Shown one piece after another: positions 26,640 through 35,759 of a stretch of DNA of 64,000 nt. Numbering within the stretch: position 1 is the stretch's first letter; each line of letters begins with the position of its first letter. Source of the DNA: Nitrospira japonica. Its GTDB lineage: Bacteria > Nitrospirota > Thermodesulfovibrionia > Thermodesulfovibrionales > SM23-35. The stretch covers positions 9,055-73,054 of the forward strand of contig DYFC01000017.1 in NCBI GenBank assembly GCA_020725385.1, read 5' to 3'. The position numbers were made by a program, and so were the translations under genes. Under the pieces are notes generated by a model. That model was not told where the DNA came from, did not search any database, and saw only the letters and a list, made by a program, of their open reading frames with translations.

Positions 26640-28505
26640 TTAAAAACTAAAACTCATGCCCGCTGAAAATTGAACAGGCGGCATTGGATAATCTTTAAGA
26701 ATCTCGAAATTTCTATCAAATATATTTTTACCTATGACAAAGATTTCTGTAGGAATCTTCCAGATATCTAATTTTTGAGCAATTTTCCCGTCGAGCAAGA
26801 AATAGCAACCCGGATCTCCTTTCTCTACTTTATAACGATGTATGTAACTTCCTTCAAAAGCAATAGTATTTCCCTTGAAAGGATGCAGGGAAACATTTCC
26901 TTTAATCTGATGGCGGGTGCTAAAGCGTATTTTTTTGTCTGAAGTTCTATCCTGAGGGTCCATAAAAGTATAGCTTAACCCGATGTCAAGATAATCAAGG
27001 TGTAAGCTACTTTCTGTTTCAAATCCAGCAACACGTGTTTTTGCAATATTCACAGGAGACCATTTGAAAGGGCTAATTTCCTGCCATTGGATAAGGTCTT
27101 TTGATTGTTTAATAAATCCAACTGCTTTTATATTTGCAATCTTTCCGAAGAATTTATTTATATTTACCTCAAATTCTGTTGACTTTTCCGGTTTTAAATC
27201 CGGATTACCCTCAGCCCATCCAGTATCAGGCCAGTAAAGAGCATTCATTTCAGGAATACGGAATCCCTGTCCTATAGAGAAAGAAAGATTTGTCTCGTAC
27301 GGGAGTTTTATTAATAAAGAAGCTTTCGGGCTGAACCTATCCTCTGATGAAATGGAATCATATCTTAGCCCGAGAGTCAATATTAAATATTTTTTCAAAG
27401 AAGTTTCATTTTGAAGGAATATCCCTTTTCTTGTTCTGCTATGTCTTCCAATTGACTCATTTTCATTAATATTGTTAGTGCTATCAATATCCTCTTCGAG
27501 AACTTCAATTCCACCTGTCAAGAGATTCATTGAGCCTAAAGAAAGACTATGCTGAAGATCAAATCCAAGAACATGGTTTTTATGAGTATTATCTTCAAGA
27601 CCTGGATTCATATAATCAATTGTTGAGTTGTGACTGTAAAATTTCATGATAGAATCTTTATATTTAATATTAATCCCGGCAAGAAAATTCTTGTCTTTTT
27701 CGTTTGCTTTTGGTGTTGGCCATGATAATGAACCCGGAGAGCCAGCGTCTCTGAAATTATAATCAAAGGAAATATCTGTTCTAATGTCTTTAGAAATATC
27801 ATAGGTTATTTTAACGCTTGCGGATTCTGAATCATATTCACTATTTTCTCTAAAACCGGCTGAGGAATTTTTTGATAGAGAAAGATAGAAACCAGCGTTT
27901 CTTATGCGTTGTGATGTATTAAAATTCAAGTCTTTTGTAACAAATCTACCATATGATGCTGAGATACTTGTCTTTGGAGTTTCAGGTATTTTTGTAATGA
28001 TATTTATAACACCTCCCATAGCATCCGCACCATATAATGCTGATGAAGCTCCACGCAATATCTCTATTCTTTCTATATTATCAACCGGTATTGAAAGAGC
28101 GTTTATGTCAACCTGTCCATCGCCCGGCTTGTTAAGTCTCTTACCATCAATAAGCACAAGAACCTGTGCTGAAGTTGAAGACCTCAGACTTACACTCGAT
28201 GATGAACCTTTATTACCATATTCAAAGAAAGTTAAACCTGTAATGTTCCTTAGAATCTCGGATATATTTGTATAACTGCTATTTTCAATTTCCTTTTTTG
28301 TTATAACAGTAACATCCTGTGGAATATCCTCAATTGATTCCTCAATTTTTGTTGCAATAACAACAATCTCCTCAAATGATACGACTTTTTCTTCTGCAGA
28401 TAAAGAAGTAATAAGTGAAAAGTAATAAGTGAGAAGTAAAGAAATGCAAATAATGAATTTTGAAAAGTGATGACTGATGACTGATGACTGATAACTTTTT
28501 TCCAT
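26640..28505 (-). CDS. btuB: TonB-dependent outer-membrane receptor, cobalamin/corrinoid type (riboswitch-controlled)
   Basis: TonB box-like EEIVVIATK, plug domain motifs, terminal aromatic F. GAGGGAGGA precedes ATG 28505 (the track TTG start at 28535 is unlikely). A cobalamin riboswitch lies directly upstream. Confidence 0.85.
   Translation of the reverse strand: MEKSYQSSVISHHFSKFIICISLLLTYYFSLITSLSAEEKVVSFEEIVVIATKIEESIEDIPQDVTVITKKEIENSSYTNISEILRNITGLTFFEYGNKGSSSSVSLRSSTSAQVLVLIDGKRLNKPGDGQVDINALSIPVDNIERIEILRGASSALYGADAMGGVINIITKIPETPKTSISASYGRFVTKDLNFNTSQRIRNAGFYLSLSKNSSAGFRENSEYDSESASVKITYDISKDIRTDISFDYNFRDAGSPGSLSWPTPKANEKDKNFLAGINIKYKDSIMKFYSHNSTIDYMNPGLEDNTHKNHVLGFDLQHSLSLGSMNLLTGGIEVLEEDIDSTNNINENESIGRHSRTRKGIFLQNETSLKKYLILTLGLRYDSISSEDRFSPKASLLIKLPYETNLSFSIGQGFRIPEMNALYWPDTGWAEGNPDLKPEKSTEFEVNINKFFGKIANIKAVGFIKQSKDLIQWQEISPFKWSPVNIAKTRVAGFETESSLHLDYLDIGLSYTFMDPQDRTSDKKIRFSTRHQIKGNVSLHPFKGNTIAFEGSYIHRYKVEKGDPGCYFLLDGKIAQKLDIWKIPTEIFVIGKNIFDRNFEILKDYPMPPVQFSAGMSFSF
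28403..28496 (-). repeat. Heptanucleotide repeats inside the btuB signal-peptide coding region
   Basis: Plus strand: gatgact x3 perfect (28469..28489) plus gataact; NNNAAGT x5 (28403..28437: aagaagt aataagt gaaaagt aataagt gagaagt). Confidence 0.85.
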
Positions 28506-28559
28506 TTTTCCTCCCTCGGGAAATAATTTATTCAAAGCATGTTGTTAGCTCTGAAATTT

Positions 28560-28812
28560 TAGTTTCTACTGATCTGGATAGGTCTTCCGGCTTCAGGCAA
28601 TTTTATGTTTCCTACTAACCTTCCTTCCCGGAGAAACCGTTCAAACCATTTAAGCAGTTAAAACAGTTCTACTCCAGTGGATTAAAGACAGTGATTGAGA
28701 TTCTTCTAATTCACTACCTCACTAATTTCTAATTTACTGTCTTTCCGGGTTTTCGTTCCATTCACGGCTGCGGGGCAGCGATGGCTTTCCACCATTCTTC
28801 CCTGAATCCAGA
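28560..28812 (-). promoter_or_regulatory. Cobalamin (AdoCbl-type) riboswitch 1
   Basis: Minus-strand reading contains agggaagaatggtggaaagccatcgctgccccgcagccgtga, then ccactggag, then a B12-box-like gaagccggaagacctatcc. Sits upstream of btuB. Confidence 0.85.
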
Positions 28813-28880
28813 TTTATTAATAATTACCTGAATACATAGACTTAATTTATATCACCTCCTTTCATGTAAATTTTGATTAA

Positions 28881-29666
28881 CTAAAAAACCCTGTACCATA
28901 TCAGAGTAAAAAACAAAAATAATAATTCCGAAATTTCGCTTATAGCACCGAGAGTATCTCCTGTAAGACCTCCAAATTGTTTATTAAACAAAATGATTGA
29001 TAATCTACAAAAAATATATATCAAAGAAATTAAAAGGCAGCAGAAGATGAAGTCCATAACTTGGAAGGAATGATAAAAAATTGTTTTTAAAGATAAAAAT
29101 AAAATAATGAAAAATAAGAGAGAGATAAGGACTTCTTTAAATTTTAATTTTCCTATAAACAGATTTCCCATGCCTTCTTGTCTTGCCGGTTTAGCTTGAA
29201 ACATCGAGATAATAATTGACAATTTAGAAAAAACGGGCATTAAAAGAATTGATGTGTAAAAAACTGATGAGGTATAAAGCATAAGATTCTTTATAGAAAG
29301 AAATTTCAAAAGCAATATAAAAAATATTGCTGTAACACCAATTGGTCCTGCTGTGCCCTCTTTCATAATGGATAGTTTTTTTTCTTTGTCACCATTCATT
29401 GCAATACCATCAAAAGTATCTGAAAGTCCATCAATATGAAAGCCAGCATTATATAAAACAGAAGTCATTAGAATAATTCCTGCAACTATCTCATTATCAA
29501 AGAGATGTTTGGTTACTAAATAAATCAAAATAAGAATTATGCCCTGAAATACGCCAACCGGAACAAATGCAATTGAGCATCTTGGAATCCCGGATTTTTC
29601 AATGCTTATATTTTTGTTTAATGGAATAATTGTTAAAAGCTGTAAAGCAACTATGAACGTTTTCAT
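28881..29666 (-). CDS. cobS: Adenosylcobinamide-GDP ribazoletransferase (cobalamin synthase)
   Basis: Polytopic membrane protein with the DGLSDTFDG motif. Overlaps cobT by 4 nt. Confidence 0.85.
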   Translation of the reverse strand: MKTFIVALQLLTIIPLNKNISIEKSGIPRCSIAFVPVGVFQGIILILIYLVTKHLFDNEIVAGIILMTSVLYNAGFHIDGLSDTFDGIAMNGDKEKKLSIMKEGTAGPIGVTAIFFILLLKFLSIKNLMLYTSSVFYTSILLMPVFSKLSIIISMFQAKPARQEGMGNLFIGKLKFKEVLISLLFFIILFLSLKTIFYHSFQVMDFIFCCLLISLIYIFCRLSIILFNKQFGGLTGDTLGAISEISELLFLFFTLIWYRVF

Positions 29667-30739
29667 TCCTGAACCTTTTTATTTGATACTCCAGCTTTAT
29701 CAAATGTAGCCATTTCTTTATATATCTTTAGTCCTGCTTCTATGATAGTTAACGCAAGTGCTGCGCCGGTACCTTCACCGAGTCTCAAATCAAGGTCAAG
29801 TATGGGCTTAATACCTATTTTTTCAAGAATAGCTTTATGACCCTTTTCAACAGAATTGTGTGCGGCAAACATGTAATCTTTTGTATTTGATTCAATCGAA
29901 TAGGCGATAAGAGCACCTGCTGTTGAGATAAAGCCATCTATAACAACAGGTATTTTCTTTGCAGAAGCACCTAATATAAGACCTGCAATGCCTCCAATTT
30001 CAGCTCCTCCGACTTTTGAGAGAATGTCAATTGGATCAGTAATGTCAGGCTTATTAATTAAAATTGCTTTTTCTATTATTTCACATTTTTTTCTTAATGT
30101 AATATTATCAATTCCAGTGCCTCTGCCTGTTACTCCATAAATCGGTTTGCCTGTTAATAAAGAAGCAATTGCAGATGATGGTGTTGTATTCCCAATTCCC
30201 ATTTCACCTGTGCAGAAAATGTTATAGCCTTCATTTGCATATTCAATTGCAATCTCTATTCCTGTCTCTATACACTTTATAGCTTCATCCCTTGTCATAG
30301 CAGGATAATTCTTAATGTTTTTAGTGCCATAGATAACTTTTCTTGTAATAAAATGGCAATTTTCGGAAATATATATGGATTTCTCAAAGTCATACTTAAC
30401 TCCCAAATCAATGACAACAACATCCGCGCCTGCATGTTTTGCAAGAACATTTATACCCGCTCCGCCATTAATAAAGTTAAAGATCATTTGTTTTGTAACT
30501 TCTTGTGGATATGCACTTACTCCTTCTTCTGCAACTCCATGGTCACTCGCAAAAATGAAAATTGCTTTTTTATCCAATACTGGCATTGGATTTTCAGAGA
30601 TTACCACAAGTCTTTTTGCGAATTCCTCAAGTCTTCCAAGACTTCCTTGAGGCTTTGTTAGATTATCAAGATGTTCTTGAGCAATTTCACCAAATTTTGT
30701 ATTAACAGGTTTTATACTTTTAATTATTTTCTTAAGCAT
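29663..30739 (-). CDS. cobT: Nicotinate-nucleotide--dimethylbenzimidazole phosphoribosyltransferase
   Basis: KPQGSLGRLEE, GEMGIGNTT, LRLGEGTGA motifs. Confidence 0.9.
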   Translation of the reverse strand: MLKKIIKSIKPVNTKFGEIAQEHLDNLTKPQGSLGRLEEFAKRLVVISENPMPVLDKKAIFIFASDHGVAEEGVSAYPQEVTKQMIFNFINGGAGINVLAKHAGADVVVIDLGVKYDFEKSIYISENCHFITRKVIYGTKNIKNYPAMTRDEAIKCIETGIEIAIEYANEGYNIFCTGEMGIGNTTPSSAIASLLTGKPIYGVTGRGTGIDNITLRKKCEIIEKAILINKPDITDPIDILSKVGGAEIGGIAGLILGASAKKIPVVIDGFISTAGALIAYSIESNTKDYMFAAHNSVEKGHKAILEKIGIKPILDLDLRLGEGTGAALALTIIEAGLKIYKEMATFDKAGVSNKKVQE

Positions 30740-31277
30740 GGGTTCCCTTTATTTTTAATGGTATCCCGGCAATCATCATATATACTTCATCTGCAATTTC
30801 TGCAATGCTTTGATTCAATATTCCTAAATTGTCTCTAAATTTCCTTGCAAGTTTATTTTCAGGAACAATACCCGAACCAACCTCATTGGAGACAATAAAA
30901 ACTGTACAATAAAGAGAAGATAGAGTGTTACAAAGAGATTCTATATCCTTTTCAACATTCTTATTATTAAAAAAAAGATTAGAAAGCCAGAGAGTTAGAC
31001 AATCAATGACTATTACATTATATTTGTCTTTTATATTTTTGATTACATCTGAAATTTTAACCGGCTCTTCATATGTATCCCATTCATTACCTCTTTGCTT
31101 TTTATGTTTTTCTATCCTCTCTTTCATTTCCTCATCCTGTATGGGAGTATCGCCATACGTCCATATCGCTGTTGCAATAAATGCTTTATTTCCCAAAATC
31201 TTTGATGCTTCTTTCAAAGCAAAAGTGCTTTTACCACTTCTTGCTCCGCCTGTTATAAAAACTATTTTTTTATTCAT
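30732..31277 (-). CDS. cobU: Bifunctional adenosylcobinamide kinase / adenosylcobinamide-phosphate guanylyltransferase
   Basis: P-loop ITGGARSGKS, 181 aa, within the cob cluster. Confidence 0.85.
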   Translation of the reverse strand: MNKKIVFITGGARSGKSTFALKEASKILGNKAFIATAIWTYGDTPIQDEEMKERIEKHKKQRGNEWDTYEEPVKISDVIKNIKDKYNVIVIDCLTLWLSNLFFNNKNVEKDIESLCNTLSSLYCTVFIVSNEVGSGIVPENKLARKFRDNLGILNQSIAEIADEVYMMIAGIPLKIKGTHA

Positions 31278-31285
31278 CTTAGATT

Positions 31286-32086
31286 CTATACCCTTATAGA
31301 TTTTTTTCTGTCTTCCTCGTTGACTAAAAAAATATATGGTTTTGATGAAACCGGATTATTTCCGACAATCACGACAGTTTTATAAACTTCCTCAATAATC
31401 TGATAAGTCAATATTTCTTGAGGTGAACCGATTTTATGTATAAGGCCATTATTAAGCAGGATTATCCGGTCACAATATTCGCTGGCTAAATTAAGGTCAT
31501 GCAAAACTATTATTACAGTGAGTCCCGATTCTTTGTTCAATTTTCTTATAAGATCTAATATTTTTATCTGATGTGTTATATCAAGATGAGCTGTTGGCTC
31601 ATCTAATAAAAGTAGTTCAGGCTCCTGAGCCAATGCTCGTGCGATTGATATAAGTTGTTTTTCGCCACCGCTTATCTGATTTAGAAATTTATCTTTTAGT
31701 CTTATGGTGTCTGTTTGAAGCATACATTTTCTGACAACCTCATAATCTTTTTTTGTCTCTAAAAACTGAAATTTTTTGTAATGAGGGCTCCTGCCTAAAA
31801 GTATAAATTCTTCTACATTCATAAAATTAGGCTGGAGATTCTGGGTAACAACAGCTATTTTTTTAGACAATTCTTTATGAGTAATCTGCCAAATATTTTT
31901 CCCTTCAAAAATGACTTCTCCTTTTAGAGGTTTAATCAAGCGAGTTAATGCTTTTATTAATGTAGTCTTTCCAGAACCATTTGGACCGATTATGCCCAGA
32001 AGTTCCTTTTTATTGACATTAAAAGTTATATCTTTAAGTAAAAAATCTGAATTATATCCACATGTTAAATTTTTTATCTCAAACAT
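31286..32086 (-). CDS. btuD: ABC transporter ATP-binding protein (corrinoid/iron-siderophore type)
   Basis: Walker A GPNGSGKTT, signature SGGEKQ, Walker B LLLDEP. Confidence 0.85.
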   Translation of the reverse strand: MFEIKNLTCGYNSDFLLKDITFNVNKKELLGIIGPNGSGKTTLIKALTRLIKPLKGEVIFEGKNIWQITHKELSKKIAVVTQNLQPNFMNVEEFILLGRSPHYKKFQFLETKKDYEVVRKCMLQTDTIRLKDKFLNQISGGEKQLISIARALAQEPELLLLDEPTAHLDITHQIKILDLIRKLNKESGLTVIIVLHDLNLASEYCDRIILLNNGLIHKIGSPQEILTYQIIEEVYKTVVIVGNNPVSSKPYIFLVNEEDRKKSIRV

Positions 32087-33102
32087 TATTTTTCTCCGAA
32101 GAAAGCCGAACGTCTGGTAAGGGCATAAATAAAAAGGCTTCCGCCTAATATGCCGGTAATCACGCCGATTGGAAGTTCTACAGGTGAGATAATTGTTCTG
32201 GATAGCGTATCGCAGAAAATCAAAAAGCCTGCTCCAGAAAGAAAAGAACTTATTAAAACTATTTTGTGGTCTGTGCCTGCAAATATTCTGACAAAATGAG
32301 GTACAACAAGACCGACAAATCCGACCATGCCTGTAATAGAAACACTAAATCCTGTGAGAATGGAAGCCAAGAGGAAAAGTATTTTCTTAACCTTTTCTAC
32401 ATCTATACCAAGATGAGCTGCTTCTTCTTCACCTAATGAAATTGCGTTTAAATCCAGACAGAATAAGTAAGATATGAAAAGCCCGGAAATTGAGACAATA
32501 ACCATCAATTTTATTAGTAGCCAGTTCGGCTCTTCCAAAGAACCCATAACCCAGAAAACTATACTATGTAAATCTTCTGTACGGGATAAAGCCATAATCA
32601 GCATAATTAGAGATGAAGATATAAAGCTTATCATTACTCCGGTAAGTAGAATTTCGTGTATTTTAAAAACTTCTCTTTTCAAACTAAAAAAATAAAGTAA
32701 AACAATCACTGTAATTGCACCGGTAAACCCGCTTAATGGCAATGATAGAAAGCCTAATATTTCGTTTAACTTAAAAAGAATATTCAAGCATACTCCCAAT
32801 GCTGCTCCACCCGATATGCCAAGTGTATATGGTTCAACCAGTGGATTACGGAATATTCCCTGTAGAATAACACCTGCAAGACTTAATGCTCCTCCGGTAG
32901 CAAACCCTAAAATAATTCGTGGCAGGCGTATGTCGAAAATGATGCTGTATTCAGTGGTACACCTACTATATATAATAGAAGAAAAAATTTTTTTGGCAGG
33001 AATTCCTGATGAACCAACAGACAAAGAAAAAAGAATTATTACTGAAAGAATAATTCCTAAAATAAATAACCAGATAAGCCAATGTATTAATTTGTTTCTC
33101 AT
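32086..33102 (-). CDS. btuC: FecCD-family ABC permease
   Basis: About 10 TM segments. RLPRI and conserved G-rich motifs of FecCD/BtuC. Confidence 0.85.
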   Translation of the reverse strand: MRNKLIHWLIWLFILGIILSVIILFSLSVGSSGIPAKKIFSSIIYSRCTTEYSIIFDIRLPRIILGFATGGALSLAGVILQGIFRNPLVEPYTLGISGGAALGVCLNILFKLNEILGFLSLPLSGFTGAITVIVLLYFFSLKREVFKIHEILLTGVMISFISSSLIMLIMALSRTEDLHSIVFWVMGSLEEPNWLLIKLMVIVSISGLFISYLFCLDLNAISLGEEEAAHLGIDVEKVKKILFLLASILTGFSVSITGMVGFVGLVVPHFVRIFAGTDHKIVLISSFLSGAGFLIFCDTLSRTIISPVELPIGVITGILGGSLFIYALTRRSAFFGEK

Positions 33103-33938
33103 ATGTTTGGATGTAAGATATGAAATATTTCTTCCAATGTCTTAACAAAACTTACTGGAGTAGGGCTACAGAGTTTATTAGAATCGACAATGTAGATTCT
33201 ATTCTTTCTTATTGCATTTATAGTCTTATAATTTTGCCAGATTTTCTTTTCTTCTTCTCCAGCAATACCCATAGTAGCAATAATTATTACATCAGGGTTT
33301 TGTTTTAGTACTTCTTCTCGACTGTATATTCCCATTTCGTTGTTAGGACCAATATTTATCCCTCCTGCAAATTTAATAAAATCATCTATAAAAGAATCTT
33401 TTGGCGCTACCCATAAAGGTTTTGTGCCAATCTGTACAAGAACCTTTGTTTTTGGTAGATTCTTGACTTTATTTTGAATAGAGGATACATCTTTTTTAGC
33501 CTTATGAACTAGTTCCAGTGCCTTTTTTTCTTTTCCAACAATCCTGCCTAATTCAACAAATTGATTACATATCTCGTTGAAGCTTTTTGGTGCAGGAAAA
33601 GTAATTACCTTTATCCCCAGTCTTTTTAATTTTTCCTTAGCTTTTGGATTTATTAAAGACGTTGCAATAATTAAATCAGGATGAAGGCTTATTATCTTTT
33701 CAATGTTAACTTCTATTATATTGCCTATTTTTTCTATTTTCTGTGCTTCTTCCGGTCTATTACAATAAGTTGTAACGCCGACAAGTTTATCACCTCCACC
33801 CAAAAGAAAAAGTTGTTCTGTTATTGAAGGACATAAGGATATTATTCTTTGGGGATAAGTGGAACAAAAACCTATATTACAAATGCTAAACACAAAGATA
33901 ACTGTTATTAGTATTGGCATAATTATATATTTCTTCAT
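33099..33938 (-). CDS. btuF: Periplasmic corrinoid-binding protein (class III/cluster A SBP)
   Basis: Signal peptide, RIISLCPSITE, DLIIAT motifs typical of BtuF-like binding proteins. Confidence 0.8.
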   Translation of the reverse strand: MKKYIIMPILITVIFVFSICNIGFCSTYPQRIISLCPSITEQLFLLGGGDKLVGVTTYCNRPEEAQKIEKIGNIIEVNIEKIISLHPDLIIATSLINPKAKEKLKRLGIKVITFPAPKSFNEICNQFVELGRIVGKEKKALELVHKAKKDVSSIQNKVKNLPKTKVLVQIGTKPLWVAPKDSFIDDFIKFAGGINIGPNNEMGIYSREEVLKQNPDVIIIATMGIAGEEEKKIWQNYKTINAIRKNRIYIVDSNKLCSPTPVSFVKTLEEIFHILHPNI

Positions 33939-33959
33939 TTTAAATATATTCTTCTCATT

Positions 33960-34634
33960 TTATATTTCAAATTTGCTCCGTCTATTTTTTCTAAGCTTTA
34001 AGAACCAGTGTTTATCTTTTAAAACTTTTTCACCAGCTGTAAACTCAATAGTATTTTTAAAAATAGGGCCGTCATAAACAAAAGTATGATATTCACCTCT
34101 TTCGCCGCAAAGATCTACATTCAATAAAGCTTTTAAATCATCGATAAAACTTCCATCAATTTCGCGTCCTAACCAATCTTTATCTAGAAACTCAGAATTA
34201 GTAGCCACTATTATGGCTTTGAACCCTACGTCAATAAATTCATTAAGCAATTTTATTCTTTTTTCTTTCCATAAAGGCAAAATTGGCTTTATATTTATTT
34301 CTTTACAAACCCTTTCTACCCAATCTCTGTGCTCCTGAAGGTCAATATCTCCGAATATACCCGCTTCAATGCCATTTTTTTCTAAATTATAAACAGCTTT
34401 TTTGAATTCTTCTTCGTAATTTTTCCACGAAGTCTTTCTCTGAATAATGGATAATCCTATTGCTTCTGCCTGTGCTCTCAATAAATCAGAGCCAATTCCG
34501 TGAGAACGGGAACGATTTCCATCCTCTGTAGCCATATTTAAAAGGTATTTAATCTCGACTTTACCGAGATTCTTTGCCCTATAAAAGGCTAATGATGTAT
34601 CTTTGCCGCCGCTCCATGAAATAAATGCTTTCAT
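33960..34634 (-). CDS. PP-loop ATP pyrophosphatase of the Dph6/MJ0570 (ATP_bind_4) family
   Basis: MKAFISWSGGKDTS PP-loop at the N-terminus. ATG 34634 lies 1 nt after the stop of the upstream gene (the track start at 34661 is less likely). Confidence 0.7.
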   Translation of the reverse strand: MKAFISWSGGKDTSLAFYRAKNLGKVEIKYLLNMATEDGNRSRSHGIGSDLLRAQAEAIGLSIIQRKTSWKNYEEEFKKAVYNLEKNGIEAGIFGDIDLQEHRDWVERVCKEINIKPILPLWKEKRIKLLNEFIDVGFKAIIVATNSEFLDKDWLGREIDGSFIDDLKALLNVDLCGERGEYHTFVYDGPIFKNTIEFTAGEKVLKDKHWFLKLRKNRRSKFEI

Positions 34635-34635
34635 A

Positions 34636-35553
34636 TTATTTATTTCTCCAATCCAAAACATAACCGCATACCTTGCAGTGAAAAGCCGTAAGTTTCATTC
34701 CTGCTCCGCATCCCGGACATTCCTTCTGAGAATATTTTGGTCTGGGGATGTCTCCAATTTCTTTTCTATAAATCTCATAATAATAAAGGTGTTCCTTATT
34801 CAAAAAGTTTATGGGATATAGCTTTTTCTTTTCTTCAAACTCATCGTCAGAGATTTTTAATGAAATAATTTCTCTCAACTTAGTCATTCCCGAACCATAC
34901 TCAAGTGGCCTTTTATCCTGCCAGATAATTTCTGGCGGCAATGTATTTTCAAACGCTTTACGCAATATCCATTTGCCGAAGATTTTACCGTTATGTTTTT
35001 TTATTTTTGAATCAACAGGTATTTGTAAAGCAAAATCTATAATATCCTTATCCATAAAAGGTTGGATTATCTTAATTTTAAAAAACTTACCAATATTATT
35101 AGAGCTAAAACTCATGTTTCTTGAGATTCTTTTGATATAATTTTCTAAATCATTTATATCTTTCATAAAAGAATATCCGCCAAATAACTCGTCACTTCCA
35201 TCACCTGTTGCTACTTCATCTAATCCTAAATTTTTAGCTAACTCAAGGCCAAAGTAAACCACTAAATCATTTGGTAAGGCAGGGTCAAAAGATTTCAATA
35301 TTTTTATTACTTCTGGAATTTTTTCTATTGCCTCATTTACTCTTACCTTCCTCATGATGTGTTTAATATTAAGAAAACTTGCCAGAGATTTTGAATAATG
35401 GACATCTTCTCCATCAGATTCTAAATTTACTGTAATAGCTGTGATTTTAGGATTAATAACTGCTAAAATTGAAGTATCCAAACCACCAGAAAAAAGCAAA
35501 CATTTATAGGAGTTTTTTCTTACTATTTCAGAAATTACTGTCTTTAAAAACAC
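34636..35553 (-). CDS. Asparagine-synthetase-like PP-loop adenylating enzyme (synthetase domain only) with C-terminal zinc ribbon
   Basis: LLFSGGLDTS PP-loop, ATGDGSDELFGGY motif, no N-terminal glutaminase domain, C-terminal CPGCG...CKVCG. GTG start with AAGGAG 9 nt upstream. Confidence 0.7.
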   Translation of the reverse strand: MFLKTVISEIVRKNSYKCLLFSGGLDTSILAVINPKITAITVNLESDGEDVHYSKSLASFLNIKHIMRKVRVNEAIEKIPEVIKILKSFDPALPNDLVVYFGLELAKNLGLDEVATGDGSDELFGGYSFMKDINDLENYIKRISRNMSFSSNNIGKFFKIKIIQPFMDKDIIDFALQIPVDSKIKKHNGKIFGKWILRKAFENTLPPEIIWQDKRPLEYGSGMTKLREIISLKISDDEFEEKKKLYPINFLNKEHLYYYEIYRKEIGDIPRPKYSQKECPGCGAGMKLTAFHCKVCGYVLDWRNK

Positions 35554-35567
35554 TGGTCCAAGCTCCT

Positions 35568-35690
35568 TTAGTTATTATGGCAATTTTCTATTGGCAAAAT
35601 TAGGAAGAAAAAATTGAAAAGTAATTTAATACAGATAATAAAGTTAGAAAACCCGAAGCTTAAAACTGAAAATTGAAAACTTATTTTCAT
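35568..35690 (-). CDS. Leader mini-ORF: relic of a btuB-type signal peptide
   Basis: My translation: MKISFQFSVLSFGFSNFIICIKLLFNFFFLILPIENCHNN*. It aligns with the btuB N-terminus MEKSYQSSVISHHFSKFIICISLLL. GAGGGAG SD. Its TAA stop overlaps the SD (TAAAGGAG) of the next gene. Confidence 0.35.
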   Translation of the reverse strand: MKISFQFSVLSFGFSNFIICIKLLFNFFFLILPIENCHNN

Positions 35691-35759
35691 CTTTTCTCCC
35701 TCGAGAAAATTTTCAGGTTGTTTGTCCAAGTTTTAAAGTTCTTTTTAAACTTTTAACTT

